Positions 38,843-53,251 of a DNA stretch of 64,000 nt are shown in pieces. The stretch is from Amoebidium appalachense (Eukaryota > Protista > Ichthyosporea). Each line of letters opens with the position of its first letter. The first letter of the stretch is position 1. The notes below the pieces were generated by a model. That model did no database searches and was not told the origin of the DNA. It saw only the letters and a list, made by a program, of their open reading frames with translations. A program made the position numbers and the translations under genes. The DNA lies in assembly GCA_963693365.1 (NCBI GenBank), contig CAVNZM010000004.1:12571445-12635444 (forward strand), written 5' to 3'.

Positions 38843-39865
38843 ACCCCCCCCGCCCTCCCCTCTCCCCCCCCACCCTCTTCTCCCCCCAACCTCACCACCA
38901 CCACTGCACACATCTGAGCACGATACACACGACCAGCGCAAACCACAGTACACCAGTACAGAAGGCAATAATGGTTGGGAAGCAGCGCGAGGACGCGCTC
39001 TGGGGAAGGAGGGAGTGAATGGGGTAGCAGGGGGACGGGGGGGAGTAAGAGGGTAAAGGGACGGGCGGAGGAGGAGCAGGAAGGGGGAGGGCGGGGTTGT
39101 GTGGGACAAAGGGGAGGAGGAGGAGAGGGGGAGGGGGGAGGGGGAAAGGGGGGATTGCTTCTGTTGATATGCAGGCGGCCAAAGTGTGCCCATACACCTG
39201 CATGTTTTTGGGCACACACACATACACAAATGCACACACCCACACCCACCCACCAACACCCACACCCACACCCACACGCACGCACGCACAGACACACATA
39301 CCCGCACACACAACCAACGGGCGCACTCACACCTCCCCCACACACATGCACACAATCTACCCACCCATACCCACACCACATATACAACGTACAGGCATGC
39401 AGGCATACACACATGTTCACACAAGCAAGCAGGGACACTCCCTCAGATCAACACAGGACACAATCTCCCCCCCCCCCCCCCCCCCCCCCCCCACACACAC
39501 ACGGGCAAGTACATGCACGAATGCAAGTGCGCGCGCACACACACACACTCCGCGCATACCTTTGCGTGCAGGCGTGACGCAAGCACACACAAGCGCAAAC
39601 ATATCCCCGACATGTTTCAGAGCACAGAGAAAAGGTGAAACAGCTCAACGGCTTGCTACAAAAAAAACCCAAGCAACAACAAACAAACACAGAGCCCGGT
39701 TGCAAGTGCGGCATACAACCATTGCAATCAATTCGTTGCCAACATACTCAACGAGCACCTTCCACCTCCAGCCTTCCAGCGCACAGTCACACTCAAGCGC
39801 TCACTTCTCTGCCCCTAACACACGTAGACCAGCAGCTTTCTTGCTCTTCCTCTCTCCTCCCTCAC

Positions 39866-39900
<35 letters not shown>

Positions 39901-40817
39901 CACCACCACCACTACAGACACACACACGAAAGCACACACGCACACACCTACACAGACACACACACACTCACCTACAGGCCACAAAAGCCTCTCCACAGCT
40001 ACTTGAAGACCGTTTGCCACTAAGGGCTGCTTGGGCTCGTTTTTTCGCGCAGCCTTTTGCTGAATCAACCAAAGAGTGTTTGAGTAAACATGACCGGGTC
40101 GTTGACAAAAATCCCTCTTCAATGAAACCAGCTCGAAGCCTCAGATCTATAGATGTCAGGAGTGGCTAAAACGGCAGGAGTCCGGAATCGACCACTTGGT
40201 CCGTGAACTATGGGTAAATACCCAGAATTCTGGCTCATTTGGGCGTCAGATGTGAAAATTGAGGTGCTTCAGAAGCGTACAGGCTCTTTTGGTTTCCGGA
40301 AGAATGAATGTTCATACACCTTCACATCTGGCCCCGAAACCCCAAGTTTGCTGAAGCGTGATGGGGATGACGCCAGCACTAAAAAGGGTACAGTAGAAGT
40401 GTCTATATTCAGTCCAGACATGAAAAAGAAAAAAGTCTGAGGCGTTTGTGATGGAAACCTTGCCAGATACTGAAAAGAATGCCCGCAGGCCTACAAATAG
40501 AGCACCCGGATCTGTTCTTGTCACAAGGCCGCACAGAACCCCACGATTCGCGCTTCTTCGTACAAATATGCAATGCCCTCCAAAATCGAATGTCATATAT
40601 ACTGTGCTCTTTATAAGCGAAGGATGCACATCAACATGTAAACTTTGCAGAGGCCACTGAGCCGGAAGTGTGACCTTCGCAGGCGCAGTTCCTGTTCTGC
40701 CTCGGCTGCACGCTGAAAAATGCCCTTTACTGATTGGCTCAAACTGCACCACAGTTCCTGCATTTTGATTGGTTCATTCCAAAGGCCGAGTCGACCGACA
40801 CAACCGTGGCGCACGTG

Positions 40818-40886
<69 letters not shown>

Positions 40887-42130
40887 CAGACACACACACA
40901 AACACACACACACACACGCACACGCACACGCACACGCACACACACACACACACGTGCACACACACACACACACACACAGTCACATGAATGTATCGTAACA
41001 TGTGTGTATATGCAGATGCCACTTAGTAAGTACGTACACAAAAAGGAAGAAGTATCCGTTGGTACCAATAATTATCACGTGCACGCATGATGATAACTTA
41101 TATACAGCAAACTTGTCTCCGGCGACCTCGCGAAGACGTGCAATTCGTGCAGTCCATGCATTGTCCTGCTGTAGATGTGCAGCAGCAGTGCAGACCAGTC
41201 TCACACACCAGGCTGCCAGCTTCTAATAAATCACACCATGGATCTTCACTTAACAGCGAGAATGCAATGGGCTCAGCCCATGGCCAGTGTATTACAACAG
41301 TATCTGAGACATCCAGTAGAATACTTCATGCATTAGAAGGTCAATAAGTCTAAATCTAACTATTAAACTTGGTTGCATACCCGGAGAGACTGAGACAATT
41401 TGTGTGTGTGTGTGTGTGTTGGGTGGGGGGGGAGGGAGGGGGGAGGGGGGGAGTTGTTACTTCAGAAAGCAGTCAGATTAATAACACAATCTGTGCGGCA
41501 GAGGACCTGAAATGAAGACTACAGAGGGAGATTTAGAAGCAACACTGCTGGGGTAGACACTACCGTTTTGGTGATACCACGGCAACGGTTACCAGGTAAG
41601 ATCACACAAATTCTTATTGCATCATCACAACTTTATGACATTCACTAATACATCAACTTTCAAAACAGCAGCCCCCCCCCCCCCCCCCCCCCCCCCCCCG
41701 GGGGCCCCCGCCCCGCCCCCCCCCCCCAACCCCCCGGGGGCAGAAAATGTATCATGTCCCCAAGTCAATCCGGAACACAGTCAAGCATAATAATAAAACT
41801 GGGTGACCCAATAAAATTACAACCCTTTCATTCATTCTAACACTAAATTTGATATCAATACATGGTCACGATTTGTGTGTCCGTGTATCATAATGTATGT
41901 GTGTCTGTGTGTGTGCGCGTGCGTGCATCCCTGCACATTTGCGCACGTGTGCCTGCGCGTGTGTCCAGGGCAGAAGGAGAGAGGAAGGAGGGAATGTCGA
42001 GAAAGAGGGACGTGAACGAGGGAAGAATTCAGAAATGAGTTTCAACCCATTGTAGATGCAAATAGTTTAAGTCAGACCTGCGTGGGACCCACACCAGACC
42101 TGTATCCGGACTAGCAGGTCCCGATGCCTA

Positions 42131-42650
42131 CTAATGGGTTGGGGTGAGAGGCAGAAGGGAGCCCAACTTGAAGTGTTGGATGACCGGATACTTGTGCAAC
42201 ACCTCGGCACGATACATCTTAAGCAGTCCCCTGAATGGAGTTTTAATTACCCGTCAATTATGGTTCTATGCAAGCACAGTGTGTGACAAACACAGTGTGT
42301 GTGATGATTTAAGAACAGATAGTTTGTGTGTAAAACATTTTACTAATCAACAGATAAGATACACGGGTAAAAACTACTTACAGCCGGTAGACATTTCTAC
42401 ACGAACAACTCAGCTGCCTTTATTCAAACCTCATTACCGAAACAAATAGTGCCTTATACATCAACCACAGTAATGGGGCCCCTTCATCGGGAACGAGGAA
42501 GCGGTGCTACGAAAATGGGAGGCTGGGCCACAGCATTAAAGCAAAACGCAGCAGCCGGGTCGCCACAATCAAACAAAGGAGAAGGGGGGGAGGGGAAGGA
42601 GGGAAGAGGGGGGGAGGGGGAAAGAGGGAGGGAGGGGGGAGAGAGAGAGG

Positions 42651-42730
<80 letters not shown>

Positions 42731-43368
42731 GAGAGAGAGCAAGAGAGAGAAAGAGAGAGAGAGGGGGGGGGGGGGGAGTGAGGGAGAGAGAGAGAGGGGG
42801 AGGGGGGGGAGGGAGGGAGGGAGGGAGAGAGCGAGAAAAGGAAACAAAGGGAGGGATGGAGGGGGAGGGGGGGGGGGGAGGGAGGGGGAGAAAGAGAGTG
42901 GCGCGGGGGGGGGGGGGGGGGGGGAAGAGATAGAGGGAGGGGGGGGGGGGGGGGAGGGAGGGGGGGAGAGGGAGGAGGTGGAGGAGAGAGAGAGAGGAAG
43001 GGAGAGCGGGAAAAAACGAGAAACGGGGGGGGGGGGGGTGGGGGTGGGGGAGGGGGGGGGGGGGGGGGGGGGGTTGGACAAGGGAGATACGAGAGAAGAG
43101 AGAGAGAGATGCAGAGGCATGGAAAGAAGATGTAAAAGCAAGCACCTGTGTGTTCATAACCATTTGCTTGCTTGATTGTTATTTGGTGTTAACATATCCC
43201 TCCATGTAGATTGGCGTATGCGATGGTGTGTGCACGGATGCGACAAGTTAGGGTGTGTTCGTATGTGCGAGCGCACATGTGTGTGTATGTGTTCGTATGT
43301 GTGAGTGTGCGTGGGCAAGCGAGTGAGTGAGCGAGTAAGTGTGAGTGTGAGTGAGTGTAAGTGTGTGA

Positions 43369-43411
<43 letters not shown>

Positions 43412-44813
43412 TGTGTGTGGGTGTGTGTGTGTGTGTGTGTATGTGTGTGTTTGTTGGGGATTCAATAACACTTACCCGTTCACCTTCTCCCACTGCTCCA
43501 CACCGCTGATGTCCCACAGCATTGGTGAGTGCTCGGCAAAGGGCCCCTTCTTCACCTGCATAGTGCTTCCACAGTCAGTGACATGATACAAAGCAAGTGT
43601 CATGCCCAATCAAAAGGTCCCCCCCCCCTCCCCCCCTCCTCCTTCCCCCCCAACACACACACACACATCCACCCACCGCACACACCAAGCCCCCATGAAA
43701 TACAAACGTACATTCACACTGCCCCCCTCCCCACCACATGCGTGCGCGCGCACACACACACACACACCACCACCAACACACTTAAATTCCAAAAAGACCT
43801 TCTTCGTGCTTTGGGCTCGCCAGTCATTCACATGTGTACTTAAAACAACTCACCAACAAGCCCACACATTTTCTCATGCTTACGTCTCACTTTATCCTTC
43901 AACATTTGCACTGCTGTTTTTTTTTTTTTATCCCCCCCCCCCCAAAAAAAAAATAAAAAAAATAAAATAAAAAATAAATAAATAAATAATAAATAAATAA
44001 ATAAATAAATAAAAAACAAGACACAAACACACACACCACACACAGACATTGACACACACACACACGGACCCCTCCCCTCTCCCCCCCCCCCCCCCCCCCC
44101 CCACCCTCTTTTCTTTTTCTTTTCTTTTCTTTTATTTATTTCTTTTCTTTTCTTCTTCTTTTTCTTCTTCTTCTTCTTCTTCCTTTTTTTTTTTTTTTTT
44201 TTTAGGGGGGGGGGAGGGGGAGAGGGGGGGGGGGGGGGGGGGGGAGGAGGGAAAGAAAGAAAAAAAAACAAAAAAGGGAAGAGAAACCCTTCGTTTTCAA
44301 CAAGAGCAACACAACCGAAGCACCATCCATTCCCACACGTAGCCAGCCAGCACACGCTACCTTGAGCAGATACTGGATGGCAGCCAGAAACAGATACTCG
44401 TCGGCATGTTGGTTGCACACGGCTGGATTGGGGAAGTCTTTGGGCCTAATATCGCTATGGCCTGCACAGGAGATGGTGTTAGGTTCTTTTTGTCCTAATT
44501 GGAATTAGAAATGTAATAGAGTTGTATAGATGGCAGTTCAATGCACTAGGGGTAGGGCAGAAAATGCATGCATAGGGTGTCGATTGAGGGTGTTTATAGG
44601 TGGTGTACAGTGTAAGTTGTATGAAAGTTTGAGTGAATTGTGAGAGTAGGTGGGGTGTGTGTGTGTGTGTGTGTGCGTGTGTGGGTGCGCGCGCGTGTGC
44701 GTCTGTGTGTTCCTGTGTCTGTGTGTGTTTGTGTGTGTGTGCCTGTGTATGTGTGTGTTTGCCTCTCTGTGTTTGTCCATGTGTGTCTGTGTGTGTGTGT
44801 TTGTGTATGTGTA

Positions 44814-44860
<47 letters not shown>

Positions 44861-45087
44861 ACGCGCGTGTGTGTTCCTGTGTCTGTGTGTGTTTGTGTGT
44901 GTGTGCCTGTGTGTGTGTGTGTTTGCCTCTGTGTGTGTCCATGCGTGTCTGTGTGTGTGTGTGCGTATGTGTATGTGTGTGTGTGTGTGCGCGCGTGCGC
45001 GCGTGTGTGCGTCTGTGTGTTCCTGTGTCTGTGTGTGTCTGTGTGTGTGTGCCTGTGTGTGTGTGTTTGCCTCTGTGTGTGTGTCCA

Positions 45088-45148
<61 letters not shown>

Positions 45149-46005
45149 CCGCGCGTGCGCGCGTGTGTGTGTCTGTGTGTTCCTGTGTCTGTGTGTGTTT
45201 GTGTGTGTGTGCCTGTGTATGTGTGTGTTTGCCTCTGTGTGTGTGTCCATATGTGTATGTGTGTGTGTGTGCGTGTGTGTTGTGGTGTTTGCACGTGCAC
45301 GTTTATGGTCACAGTATGCATCTAAAAGCGGGGGAGACCAATAAGAGGCAATGGTTACAACTCTTGCAAGGATGTCAATAAAGAAACTGCAGCTGAAAGC
45401 ATATATATATACACACCAGGCAAGAGGGAGAGAGAGGGAGGAGGAGTAGGAGGAGGAGGAGGAGGAGGAGGTGGTGGTGGTGGTGGTGGTGGTGGTGGGT
45501 GGTGGTGGGGGGGGGGGGGGGGGAGGGCAAGGGGAGGGAGGGTTGGGTTAGGAAAGACGGTGTGTGATTTGCACGGGCTAGCAAGAGGAGAGATCGAAAA
45601 GGGAAAGCAGACAAGAAAGGGAATCCGAGATGCCGCCTACAGCCAAGGGCCACACAGGGAGGGTTCCAATGGGAAGGGCTCACCACCGAGCCCAAGGAAC
45701 CACTAACGAGTGTCATTGAACCAATACACGCATGTGTCCGGCCGTGTTTGTGTGGGTCTGCGTGTGTGTGGGCGTGCAAGCGTGTGTGTAGTACAAATGT
45801 ACGGGAATGCCTGCATAATACTTGCCCTAAGCCCGGGGGGACGGGGGGGGGGGGGGGGGGGGGGGGAGGCGGGGTTGCTCACCTGTGAGCTGGCTGCTGC
45901 CGAAGTAAAAAGGCAAAAACTGGTAGTCGTCTAGACCCCACACACCATGGCTGCCTGCTGGCTCCATGCAGTATGTCTGCTGCAATTTGCGCACCACAAC
46001 CAGAT

Positions 46006-46045
<40 letters not shown>

Positions 46046-46178
46046 GCGCGCACGCGCCCATGCGAGTGTGCACGTGCATAAATGTGGTTTACACGTAACG
46101 CAGTTAGCACACCAGATTATTACAAGTCAACCGTTGTTCATGCATTGACGGTTGGGTGGTGGTGCCACCGTGGCGCGC

Positions 46179-46240
<62 letters not shown>

Positions 46241-47360
46241 GGGAGGGAGCTAAAATCGACTGCACGATTAGAACATTAGAACAAAGAAGTTGACCGAGAG
46301 AGGGACAGGAGTGACACTCCCCCCCACCCCCAGATCACTCCAGGGCCCTTGTTTTCCCAGTGAATTTGCATGTTAAGTGACTCAAAGCCAGAATCTGCGT
46401 GTGCACGGTTTTGTAAAGGACCCGGGAGGAGAGGGGGGGGGGGGGGGGGAGGGGGGAGGGGGGGGGGGGGGGGGGAGTGTAGGAGGTTTCTGCGAGTGGA
46501 ACAGAATATGCCACTATCCATAACTGGAGGTGCAAATAAAGTGAATGTGTGGTGACACCCAACAGCCGGTTGTATGCGTGTGCAGGGTGCTTATACCATT
46601 GATCTGAAGGCATGCAACTGGGCAAAACGAGGGGGAGGGGGGTAGGGTGGTGGAGGAGGAGGGCAGTGAACATACCTTGCAAAGACCCTTAAGACCAGTG
46701 CCTCGTGGTCGTTGTTCTGAAGCAACCCCAGCACATACAGGCCACACAGGAAGGCAATGAAGTTGAGCTCATGCCCTGAACAACACATTGGTTGCTGTTA
46801 GTTGGGTGGTGCTGCTTCAAGAGACACCCGTGAAACAAAAAGGGGGGGGGGGGGGGGGGGGGGAGAGGGGGAGGGGAGGGGACAGAGAGACAGAAAGAGG
46901 AGGGAAGAGAGGGGGGTTGAAAGAGAGGAAGGAAGGCAGGGGCGGAGGGGGGGATGAGAGAGAGTGTGTGAGTGAAGGGGGGGGGGGGGGATGAGAGAGC
47001 GTGAGTGAAGAAGAAGGGGGGAATGCTGAAAGCCACTCGATAGGTGCCCATACAGGAGAAGGGTTATAGTTGACCGGGAAGTGCAAGAAGTGGGGTTGGC
47101 CTAAACAGCAAACACCTAGACACGGGCAAAGTAGGAGGGGGGCGGGAGGGGAGTTCTACACAAAGCAGCCAACTTGACACAGGCAATGAACATGTTGCTA
47201 GGTGCGAAAAAAATTGGGAGACATCCATTTCATGTGTCCCAATGCACTGAGCAAGGTGTTCTAGGCAGTAGCCAGCATATGTAGCATACTCATCTTATAT
47301 GGTCAGCGCGTATTTGGGTGCGTGCAAATGCAACACGTGGGTGTCGATAACCCGTTTGAT

Positions 47361-47394
<34 letters not shown>

Positions 47395-47455
47395 ATCCAC
47401 CACCACCCCAAAACTACACAGACATAAAAAAGCGTGAAAGAAAGAAAACAAAAAG

Positions 47456-47526
<71 letters not shown>

Positions 47527-48082
47527 CACACACCTGTGCCGTAGTCTATTCTTGTTGCATTCCCAAAGCTCTCAATGACGTAAGGTGCAAGTTCAACCGC
47601 TGCTTCCGCATGACTTTCCCCCAATACCTCACGGACGAGCTGAGGTGCTTCCTGCAAAATATCATCCCACAGTTAAAATGACGTTTAACCGATGAATAAA
47701 AATAACAAACTAAATACATTTCAAAACGTGAGATATGAAAGAACACAGCCAGATGGCTGTAGGCAGGTGATGTCGAGATTATGCCTTTACCCCGTTAATG
47801 TGTGTGCGCCCGAATGTGTATCTCCGATCTCTCCCTCGTCCCGTGCATGTGTGTGTACGATATGTGTGGGTGTTACGAGGCGGGTGGTCGGGGGAGTGGG
47901 TAGAATGCTTTACAGAATATGCAGTATAGTGTATAGAGGGGAAAGGAAAAAGTTGGGTCGATGGGTTGAATCGGCTGCTAAAACATGTGGGGAGGGGGGA
48001 TACATCTGAAGCATGGCAAAAACAATGCAGATATAACAGCATTCATGTTGAAACACATGACGGAGCCTCCCCCCTGGGCCCC

Positions 48083-48155
<73 letters not shown>

Positions 48156-48158
48156 GAG

Positions 48159-48191
<33 letters not shown>

Positions 48192-48215
48192 AGAAGAAGA
48201 AAGAAAGAAAGACAT

Positions 48216-48302
<87 letters not shown>

Positions 48303-49055
48303 GATTCCAAAAAAAAAAAAAAAGAAAGAAAGAAAAATAAAGGAAATAATGAATGCATGAATAAGTTATGTAAGAAACAGGACAAGAGGAGAAGGGAAAA
48401 CAGAACAACAGCATCATACCTGCTCCAGCCTTGCGAACCATGCGCGGTAGGCCTTGTTACCGAACCTCATGGGCTGGGCCACGGGGGGTATCTCGTCTAT
48501 CCACACATCAAGTTGGTCTAGCAGGCCCGAAATTCGTGAAACCATCTGAGTGAAATTCATGGTGCATATCAACAGACTATTAAGTAATACGTGCCTTGGG
48601 GGATATGAGAACATATTGGCCCAAAAAGGCAATGCTGAAGAGAGAACCAAATACATAGCTCTTAATTGACACAATTCCACGGTATGCGTTGTATGTTATT
48701 TCCAGATATGTCATTGTTATGTTGAAACTTTGCATGTCAAGGTCATACAGAGCCCTTGGACTCGTAACCGGCTATGACATTGTGAATAAATCAGAACGAA
48801 ACTCATGATTTATAAGGTGCTAAAAGCAAGATCCGTAACATCAATGAGCGATCCCCCCCCCCCCCCCTCCCCCCCCCCCCCCAAAAAAAAAAAAAAAAAA
48901 AAAACCCGAACCCCCCCCCCCACCCCCCCCCCCCCCCCCCCCCAACACATACACAAGAGTCATTTACACATATATTTGCCCTCCCTCAGGTCATTCTCAA
49001 TCCACAAATATTCAAGCATCCCCGTCCCCAGCCCTTGTCCCCCCCCCCCCCCCCC

Positions 49056-49146
<91 letters not shown>

Positions 49147-49169
49147 CAAGCACGCACACATCCCGCCTG

Positions 49170-49201
<32 letters not shown>

Positions 49202-49291
49202 TACAACCACCAGATAAAAGGAACAGAAAGATACACAGGATCAAAAAGAAAACACCTACCAAAGCCTTCTAGAGGTCGCGGAAAGCTGAGG

Positions 49292-49372
<81 letters not shown>

Positions 49373-51558
49373 GCAAAGGGCATCAGCAGCAAAAGTACAC
49401 ATACCTCTGACGGAGGTGAACATTGGGATACTGCCTTGCCGGATACAGATGCGTTTAGGAGCAAAATGAACGACGTCAGCTTGGCATACCCCTCAGAATG
49501 CACCCATTTGCCTGCAAACCAACAGGATTTATAGTCAATAAACAGTAGCACGTCTCCCTTATCAAGTGCACATGCATGCCATCCATTCTCCTCTTTGAGA
49601 GTAATGAGTCGCCAGTCAGTTTTTATTTGGTCAGTTGGGGGGTTAGGTAGAACGGGAGGCGCGGCGGGGGAGGGGGGGGAGGAGGAAGTCAGGTGAGCAA
49701 GAGAGCGAGAGAGCGAGAGGCGGGGGGAGAGAGAGGGGAAAGGGGGTAGGTGAGACAGACACAGACACACAGACACACACACACAAAGAGGAAGAGATAG
49801 GGGGGGGAGGGGGGAGGGAGGGAAGGAGGGGAGGAGGGGGAGAGAGGGGAGGGGGAAAGAGAGAGGGGGAGGGGGAGGAGGAGGAGGAGGGGGAGGGGGG
49901 GAGGGGGAAAGAGAAGAAGATGGGGAAGGAGGGAGGGAGGGAGGGAGGGAGGGAGGGTGTAGAGAGGGAGGGAGGGAGAGAGAGTGAGACAGAGTCGAGG
50001 GGAGGATGAGAGGGGAGGAGAAGTGAGGGGAGGAGGTGGCGGGTGAGGAGGAGGAGGAAGAGGTGAGAGAGGGGGGGGGGGGGGGGGGGGGGGGTTCGCC
50101 CAGGGGCAATTAACAATAAAGAATTTCTTTTTTTTCTAAAAATCTTTGAAAAGTGAAAAGAAAGGAACAAAGCACACAGGCAAACACAATCGAAGTCACG
50201 GAAACTACATAGCTCCACCCCCCCCCCCCCCCCCCCCCCTTCCCGTCTCACTTCCCACTCGTCACTCCTACACAATGTCAAGGGGGGGGGGGGGGGTAGG
50301 GAGGGGGGATGGAAAGGATGGAACATAAATGTTCGGCATGTTCATTTTGACAGAACAAGAAGGGATAGCTTCGTGGCTCCTAGTTTGACAAGCAAGCTGC
50401 AATAACAGCAGCAACTCGGAAGGGAACGAAACGATTTCGAGGAGAAAACAGAGAGGGAGAAAGAGGAAAAGAAAGGTTGAGGATGAGAGGGCTCGTGAAA
50501 AGGGTAAAAAGAGGTGGTGGTGGTGGTGGAGACAAAGGGGGGGGGGGGGGGGGGGTGAGGGGGAGAGGGTGGGGGGGAAGGAGGGAGATTGTGTGAGGGA
50601 GGAAGGGAGGGAGGCGGGGGGGGGGGGGGGGGGGGGGAGGGGGCTGAGTGAGGCTGAGGGGTGAGAGAAACTGCCAAGGTCGATGGTATGAGTGGGCAGG
50701 GGGGGGGAGGGGGGGGGGGGGGGGGGGGGGCTGAAGGTGTTTCATGCCCCGTGCACAAGCGAGAAAAACGAGCAAAGGGAAGAAAGGAGTGGCCAGGTGG
50801 CAGTGGCAGTGGCGGGGCAGGGTGGGGGCGGGGAGCGGGGGGAGGGGGGGGGGGGGGGGGGGGGGGGGGGTTGTGAACGAGAAGGAAAAAGCTGTTCTTC
50901 TTCTTCTTCTTCTTCTTCTTCTTCTTCTTCTTTTAAATATTTTTTGGGTTAAGGGGGGGAGAGAGGGGGGGGGGGGGGGGGGGGGTTGGGCGGAGGAACG
51001 GAGGGAGGGAGGGGGGGAGAGAGTATACGCATAAGAATGAGAGAGAGGGTGGAGAGAGGGAGGAGGCAAGGAAGAAAGATGGAGGGCGAGAGAGGAAGGC
51101 CGAGAGACAGAGGGAGGGGGGGAAGAGGGAGGGGAGAGGGGGGAGGGAGGGAGGGGGGAGGGAGGGAGGGGCGAGGAGGAGGGAGGAGAGGGAAAGATGG
51201 AAGGAGGGAGGAAGAGTGAGACGAAGGCGGGGAGAAAGGGGAGGAGGGGGGGAGGCAGGGAGAGAGGGAGGGGGAGGGAGAGGGAGGGCGAGTGAGAGGG
51301 GGGAGGGAGGGAGAGAGGAAGGGAGGGAGGGAGGGGGGGAGGGAGGGAGGGAGGGAGGGAGGGAGGGAGGGAGAGACACGGTCGTTAACGAAGGAGAGCT
51401 TGTCAACCCTGTTTAGTCCATGCACTCGTGTCCCCCGGTGTTGAACAAGCGAGTTCCACGAACCGACAAGCAAAGAGGAAACGAGTCCTACCAGTAACAT
51501 CTGCTGGTGTATTCAGCTGCCGTGTGGGTGGCCGAAATACTCCGACTTCCTCAGCCAT
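42131..51558 (-). CDS. PTPA: Serine/threonine-protein phosphatase 2A activator (PTPA/PPP2R4/Rrd1 family), 9 exons
   Basis: Phase-consistent exons: 51558-51492, 49511-49405 (GKWVHSEGY), 48545-48420 ([22 protein letters not shown]), 47651-47534 ([13 protein letters not shown]), 46775-46676 ([10 protein letters not shown]), 46007-45883 ([29 protein letters not shown]), 44461-44361, 43555-43476 ([16 protein letters not shown]), 42230-42131 ([26 protein letters not shown]). All hallmark PTPA motifs are present. Confidence 0.97.
44650..45300. repeat. Higher-order tandem repeat (~150-165 bp, about 4 copies) built from degenerate (GT)n, in a PTPA intron
   Basis: The landmarks gtgttcctgtgtctgtgtgtg...gtgtgcctgtgt...gtttgcctct...gtccat recur about every 150-165 bp. 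Confidence 0.75.
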
Positions 51559-52316
51559 GGTCGTAACTGCGTGGGAACCACTCCAAGAGTGCGTTCAAAG
51601 CTTGGTTTACACGTTCTTCTATTAAGGCTAGTTATTGTAAAAGGGGTTCGGAAGAAATGAACAAGGTCACCAGGAATCGCCAGATTTCTGGTATTTATAC
51701 CGCGGCCGTCTGCATGCATATGAAAGTTGCGTTATCGCCATGACGTCATCCCTGCCTGCTGCTGTACGCACCCACGGCCCCCCGTGAACGCACCACGGCC
51801 ACGGGTACGCACAGACAAGGTACAACGGAATGCTAGGAATGTTTGGCGTTTCTCACAATACCCATGAAAGTATGCTCGACTGGGTTACAGCCGAAAATAT
51901 TGCGTAAGCAGGAAGTGTACTTTTTCGGAATTTTTGCATCTTGTTGCCCTTGGAGCTGTGACAAAATCGTTTTAACTAACGGTTTTTAACAATATTTTGC
52001 GTTTTTTATTTCGTATGAAGACTCATTCTTGCGCCTTGTAAGATGAAGACTCGTTTTGGGCGCCGTGTAAAACCCCTAAATTGTGGTTTACGGAGATGGA
52101 CAGTTATTAAATACCCATGAAAGTATGCCGTATTGGGGTTTTACTGAACGGGGGGGGGGCAGTATATTGGACTAGTCACGTGGCCTGGTAACTTTGAGAT
52201 CACACCACACCAAACCACCCCCGATCCGATCGCGATCAATCTATTTCCCACTTCCCACTTTTTCCACTTAAAATCAAAAAAAAGAAAAAAAAGGAGACAA
52301 AACAAACGACAGAGCA

Positions 52317-52338
52317 TTACCCACTTCTAAGTGGGTAA
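52317..52338. repeat. Perfect 10-bp inverted repeat (hairpin) within a cluster of CCACTT motifs
   Basis: TTACCCACTT-CT-AAGTGGGTAA, preceded by ttcccacttcccactttttccactt (~52245-52270) and followed by another aagtgg. Confidence 0.85.
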
Positions 52339-52429
52339 GTGGCCAATGACAACAGACAGATTTCTTAAACGCGATGACATAGTATCACACTAAGGATCAG
52401 GCCGGGGAACGGGGAACGGGGAATGCATA

Positions 52430-53090
52430 GGAGGCACAGGAGGCACAGGAGGCACAGGAGACACAGGAGGCACGGGAGGCACGCGGGGTGGGGTGAGGAG
52501 AAAAAAGCTAAGTCCACACGAGAGAGAGAGAGAGAGAAAAAAGCTAAGTCCACACGAGAGAGAGAGAGAGAAAAAAGCTAAGTCTACACGAGAGAGAGAG
52601 AGAGAAAAAAGCTAAGTCTACACGAGAGAGAGAGAGAGAAAAGAGAGAGAGAGAGAAAAAAGCTAAGTCTACACGAGAGAGAGAGAGAGAGAAAAGAGAG
52701 AGAGAGAAAAAAGCTAAGTCTACACGAGCTAAGTTTTGACCCGGGCAGGGGCAGGGGGGCAGGTGAGGCAGGGGGGGACAGGTGAGGCAGGGGGGGGGGC
52801 AGGGGGGGCAGGTGAGGCAGGGGGGGCAGGTGAGGCAGGGGGGGGGGGCAGGGGGGGCAGGTGAGGCAGGGGGGGCAGGTGAGGCAGGTGAGGCAGGGGG
52901 GGCACGTGAGGCAGGTGAGGCACGTGAGGCACGTGAGGCACGTGAGGCAGGTGAGGCAGGGGGGGCACGTGAGGCACGTGAGGCACGTGAGGCAGGGGGG
53001 GCACGTGAGGCACGTGAGGCAGGGGGCACGCGAGGCAGGGGGCACGTGACACGCGAGGCAGGGGGGCCGGGGGCCGGGGGGGGGGGGGGG
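52430..53090. repeat. Three consecutive tandem arrays at the element terminus
   Basis: (GAGGCACAG)n at ~52430-52482; six copies of (GA)n-AAAAAAGCTAAGTCYACAC at ~52497-52727; and a 9-bp GAGGCAGGT/GAGGCACGT/GGGGCAGG array at ~52745-53065, followed by a G-run. Confidence 0.92.
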
Positions 53091-53251
53091 GTTATTTAAA
53101 AACAGGGATCTGTATATACTTCACGGGGGTTTATTTTAGCATACAATACGGGTATAACAATTCCCAATCCACATATTCTGATCAGCATCAATGATCTAAA
53201 TTCGAGCATATAAATTCCAAAAGGTGAGTGTCGGTTTTTTCTATATACAGG

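Noticed and set aside
40210-40752. Short ORFs between the coiled-coil gene and the PTPA 3' end
   Set aside because: No splice partners or recognisable domains; the region carries ATTGG and CCGGAAGT motifs and looks more like promoter DNA.
52497-52727. CRISPR or telomere interpretation of the GCTAAGTCYACAC units
   Set aside because: The spacers are just (GA)n, there are no TTAGGG-type repeats, and the array is internal with genes on both sides.
52544-53099. ORFs such as CLTCPPCLTC / PASRASRA
   Set aside because: They are open only because of the 9-bp periodic array, in several frames on both strands, so there is no evidence of coding.
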